Source of the DNA: Escherichia coli
Lineage (GTDB): Bacteria > Pseudomonadota > Gammaproteobacteria > Enterobacterales > Enterobacteriaceae
Strand: one strand, 5' to 3'
DNA length: 64,000 nucleotides
Assembly: GCF_001677475.2 (NCBI RefSeq)
Contig: NZ_CP015229.1
The notes below the pieces were generated by a model. The model made no database searches, was not told the DNA's origin, and saw nothing but the letters and a program-made list of their open reading frames with translations. This document shows positions 60,468-64,000 of the stretch, one piece after another; within the stretch, counting starts at the first letter, position 1; each line of letters begins with the position of its first letter. Position numbers and translations under genes: made by a program.

Positions 60468-62732
60468 ATGAAAATAACGACAGTCGGCATATGCATAATT
60501 TGCGGAATTTTTCCGTTGCTGATTTTGCCCCAATTGCCTGGGACATTAACCCTTGCGTTTCTGACTCTCTTCGCCTGCGTACTGGCATTTATCCCTGTTA
60601 AAACCGTCCGTTATATCGCGCTGACGTTGCTGTTTTTCGTTTGGGGCATATTATCAGCAAAGCAAATTTTGTGGGCAGGAGAAACCTTAACTGGCGCGAC
60701 GCAGGATGCAATTGTTGAGATCACTGCTACTGACGGCATGACCACTCATTACGGTCAAATTACTTATCTACAAGGTCGACGTATATTCCCTGCGCCAGGC
60801 CTTGTGCTGTATGGCGAATATCTTCCGCAAGCGGTTTGTGCCGGACAACTGTGGTCAATGAAACTCAAAGTTCGTGCCGTTCATGGTCAACTTAATGATG
60901 GCGGCTTTGATAGCCAGCGTTATGCCATTGCCCAGCATCAGCCGCTCACCGGCCGCTTTCTGCAGGCAAGTGTTATTGAACCGAATTGTAGCCTGCGTGC
61001 ACAGTATCTGGCGTCACTACAAACAACGCTGCAACCCTATCCGTGGAATGCGGTTATTCTTGGTTTAGGTATGGGGGAACGGTTATCCGTCCCCAAAGAA
61101 ATCAAAAATATCATGCGCGATACTGGAACGGCGCATTTAATGGCGATATCGGGATTGCACATCGCTTTTGCGGCGTTGCTGGCTGCCGGACTGATTCGCA
61201 GTGGACAAATTTTTCTGCCTGGGCGCTGGATCCACTGGCAAATGCCATTAATTGGCGGAATCTGCTGTGCTGCTTTTTATGCCTGGCTGACTGGGATGCA
61301 ACCTCCTGCATTGCGTACCGTGGTGGCGCTTGCTACGTGGGGAATGCTTAAGTTAAGTGGGCGACAGTGGAGTGGCTGGGATGTATGGATATGTTGTCTG
61401 GCGGCAATTTTGCTGATGGATCCTGTTGCCATTCTCTCGCAAAGTTTATGGCTCTCTGCCGCTGCGGTCGCGGCACTGATTTTTTGGTCTCAGTGGTTTC
61501 CCGGTCCTGAGTGGCAACTGCCGCCGGTATTGCGTGCAGTTGTTTCCCTCATCCATCTGCAACTGGGAATCACACTCCTGCTTATGCCCGTGCAAATCGT
61601 CATATTTCATGGCATTAGTCTGACCTCGTTTATTGCAAATCTATTTGCAATTCCCCTGGTGACATTTATCACGGTTCCGTTGATCCTCGCCGCTATGGTT
61701 GTGCATTTAAGCGGGCCGTTAATCCTGGAAGAGGGATTATGGTTTCTTGCCGACCGGTCTTTGGCTTTACTTTTCTGGGGGTTAAAGAGTTTGCCGGAAG
61801 GGTGGATCAACATTGCTGAACGTTGGCAATGGCTAACATTTTCCCCATGGTTCTTACTGGTGGTATGGCGATTAAACGCCTGGCGAACGTTGCCAGCAAT
61901 GTGTGTGGCTGTAGGCTTGCTGATGTGCTGGCCGCTGTGGCAAAAACCTCGACCTGACGAGTGGCAAGTGTACATGCTTGATGTCGGGCAAGGGCTGGCA
62001 ATGGTGATAGCCAGAAACGGCAAAGCGATTCTCTATGACACGGGACTGGCCTGGCCCGAAGGGGATAGTGGGCAACAACTGATTATCCCCTGGCTCCACT
62101 GGCATAATCTTGAACCGGAAGGCGTTATTCTGAGTCATGAACATCTGGATCACCGGGGAGGGCTGGACTCAATATTGCATACATGGCCGATGTTATGGAT
62201 CAGAAGTCCGTTAAACTGGGAACATCATCAGCCCTGTGTGCGTGGCGAAGCGTGGCAATGGCAAGGATTGCGTTTCAGCGCGCACTGGCCTTTACAAGGT
62301 AGCAACGATAAAGGAAATAACCATTCCTGTGTGGTTAAGATTGATGACGGGACGAATAGCATTCTTCTAACCGGTGATATTGAAGCCCCCGCTGAACAAA
62401 AGATGCTAAGCCGTTACTGGCAGCAAGTGCAAGCAACATTACTTCAGGTACCTCACCATGGCAGTAATACCTCATCATCGTTGCCATTAATTCAGCGAGT
62501 GAATGGAAAAGTGGCACTCGCATCGGCATCGCGCTATAACGCATGGCGATTGCCCTCTAACAAAGTTAAGCATCGCTATCAACAACAGGGTTATAAGTGG
62601 CTTGATACTCCTCATCAGGGGCAAATAACGGTCAATTTTTCAGCGCAAGGCTGGCGGATTAGCAGCCTCAGGGAGCAAATTTTACCTCGTTGGTATCATC
62701 AGTGGTTTGGCGTGCCAGTGGATAACGGGTAG
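60468..62732 (+). CDS. ycaI: ComEC/Rec2-family membrane protein with C-terminal metallo-beta-lactamase-like domain
   Basis: ORF 60390..62732. Start taken at MKITTVGICIICGIFPLLILPQ (754 aa). Polytopic N-terminal region; C-terminal HxHxDH-type motif (SHEHLDHRGG). Confidence 0.88.
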   Translation: MKITTVGICIICGIFPLLILPQLPGTLTLAFLTLFACVLAFIPVKTVRYIALTLLFFVWGILSAKQILWAGETLTGATQDAIVEITATDGMTTHYGQITYLQGRRIFPAPGLVLYGEYLPQAVCAGQLWSMKLKVRAVHGQLNDGGFDSQRYAIAQHQPLTGRFLQASVIEPNCSLRAQYLASLQTTLQPYPWNAVILGLGMGERLSVPKEIKNIMRDTGTAHLMAISGLHIAFAALLAAGLIRSGQIFLPGRWIHWQMPLIGGICCAAFYAWLTGMQPPALRTVVALATWGMLKLSGRQWSGWDVWICCLAAILLMDPVAILSQSLWLSAAAVAALIFWSQWFPGPEWQLPPVLRAVVSLIHLQLGITLLLMPVQIVIFHGISLTSFIANLFAIPLVTFITVPLILAAMVVHLSGPLILEEGLWFLADRSLALLFWGLKSLPEGWINIAERWQWLTFSPWFLLVVWRLNAWRTLPAMCVAVGLLMCWPLWQKPRPDEWQVYMLDVGQGLAMVIARNGKAILYDTGLAWPEGDSGQQLIIPWLHWHNLEPEGVILSHEHLDHRGGLDSILHTWPMLWIRSPLNWEHHQPCVRGEAWQWQGLRFSAHWPLQGSNDKGNNHSCVVKIDDGTNSILLTGDIEAPAEQKMLSRYWQQVQATLLQVPHHGSNTSSSLPLIQRVNGKVALASASRYNAWRLPSNKVKHRYQQQGYKWLDTPHQGQITVNFSAQGWRISSLREQILPRWYHQWFGVPVDNG

Positions 62733-62768
62733 AATATGCGGCTATTTCAACAAATGCTGGTTTTTTGA

Positions 62769-64000
62769 ATGCATAACGACAAAGATCTCTCTACGTGGCA
62801 GACATTCCGCCGACTGTGGCCAACCATTGCGCCTTTCAAAGCGGGTCTGATCGTGGCGGGCGTAGCGTTAATCCTCAACGCAGCCAGCGATACCTTCATG
62901 TTATCGCTCCTTAAGCCACTTCTTGATGATGGCTTTGGTAAAACAGATCGCTCCGTGCTGGTGTGGATGCCGCTGGTGGTGATCGGGCTAATGATTTTAC
63001 GTGGTATCACCAGCTATGTCTCCAGCTACTGTATCTCCTGGGTATCAGGAAAGGTGGTAATGACCATGCGTCGCCGCCTGTTTGGTCACATGATGGGAAT
63101 GCCAGTTTCATTCTTTGACAAACAGTCAACGGGTACGCTGTTGTCACGTATCACCTACGATTCCGAACAGGTTGCTTCTTCTTCTTCCGGCGCACTGATT
63201 ACTGTTGTGCGTGAAGGTGCGTCGATCATCGGCCTGTTCATCATGATGTTCTATTACAGTTGGCAACTGTCGATTATTTTGATTGTGCTGGCACCGATTG
63301 TTTCGATTGCGATTCGCGTTGTATCGAAGCGTTTTCGCAATATCAGTAAAAACATGCAGAACACCATGGGGCAGGTGACCACCAGCGCCGAACAAATGCT
63401 GAAAGGCCATAAAGAAGTATTGATTTTCGGTGGTCAGGAAGTGGAAACGAAACGCTTCGATAAAGTCAGCAACCGAATGCGTCTTCAGGGGATGAAAATG
63501 GTTTCAGCCTCTTCCATCTCTGATCCGATCATTCAGCTGATCGCCTCTTTGGCGCTGGCGTTTGTTCTGTATGCGGCGAGCTTCCCAAGTGTTATGGATA
63601 ACCTGACTGCCGGTACGATTACCGTTGTTTTCTCTTCAATGATTGCACTGATGCGTCCACTGAAATCGCTGACCAACGTTAACGCCCAGTTCCAGCGCGG
63701 TATGGCGGCTTGTCAGACGCTGTTTACCATTCTGGACAGTGAGCAGGAGAAAGACGAAGGTAAGCGCGTGATCGAGCGTGCGACTGGCGACGTGGAATTC
63801 CGCAATGTCACCTTTACTTATCCGGGACGTGACGTGCCCGCATTGCGTAACATCAACCTGAAAATTCCGGCAGGGAAGACGGTTGCTCTGGTTGGACGCT
63901 CTGGTTCAGGTAAATCAACCATCGCCAGCCTAATCACACGTTTTTACGATATTGATGAAGGCGAAATCCTGATGGATGGTCACGATCTGCGCGAGTATAC
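62769..64000 (+). CDS. msbA: Lipid A export ABC transporter MsbA, N-terminal ~410 aa (runs off the window end)
   Basis: ATG at 62769; translation [57 protein letters not shown]... reaches the Walker [10 protein letters not shown] before the window ends. Absent from the ORF track because no stop lies in the window. Confidence 0.9.
   Translation, partial: MHNDKDLSTWQTFRRLWPTIAPFKAGLIVAGVALILNAASDTFMLSLLKPLLDDGFGKTDRSVLVWMPLVVIGLMILRGITSYVSSYCISWVSGKVVMTMRRRLFGHMMGMPVSFFDKQSTGTLLSRITYDSEQVASSSSGALITVVREGASIIGLFIMMFYYSWQLSIILIVLAPIVSIAIRVVSKRFRNISKNMQNTMGQVTTSAEQMLKGHKEVLIFGGQEVETKRFDKVSNRMRLQGMKMVSASSISDPIIQLIASLALAFVLYAASFPSVMDNLTAGTITVVFSSMIALMRPLKSLTNVNAQFQRGMAACQTLFTILDSEQEKDEGKRVIERATGDVEFRNVTFTYPGRDVPALRNINLKIPAGKTVALVGRSGSGKSTIASLITRFYDIDEGEILMDGHDLREY

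Overview
The window is an Escherichia coli-type chromosomal segment with a conserved core gene order (ybjE' - aqpZ - ybjD - ybjX - macAB - cspD - clpSA - serW - infA - aat - cydCD - trxB - lrp - ftsK - lolA - rarA - serS - dmsABC - ycaC - ycaD - ycaM ... pflA - pflB - focA - ycaO - ycaP - serC - aroA - loiP - cmk - rpsA - ihfB - ycaI - msbA'). Gene names are assigned from my recognition of the translated products; no database search was run. The stand-out feature is a ~12.7-kb insertion between ycaM and pflA (33779..46488). From memory, K-12 has ycaN and ycaK at this position; neither is present here. The insertion begins with a 1.1-kb AT-rich non-coding leader followed by five co-oriented genes: an EAL phosphodiesterase with a periplasmic sensor domain, a GGDEF diguanylate cyclase with a periplasmic sensor domain, a BcsA-like family-2 glycosyltransferase with an intact PilZ domain, a BcsB-like periplasmic subunit, and a BcsC-like TPR/outer-membrane porin. 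Together these look like a self-contained, c-di-GMP-gated, synthase-dependent exopolysaccharide secretion module. Its composition is heterogeneous: the first four genes are AT-rich and the 3' two-thirds of the fifth is GC-rich and host-like, suggesting mosaic ancestry. Smaller observations: an orphan type I-F CRISPR remnant (two repeats, one 32-bp spacer) between clpA and infA; a reading-frame break in dmsA; and an ftsK linker that appears shorter in Pro/Gln-rich repeats than the K-12 form I remember.
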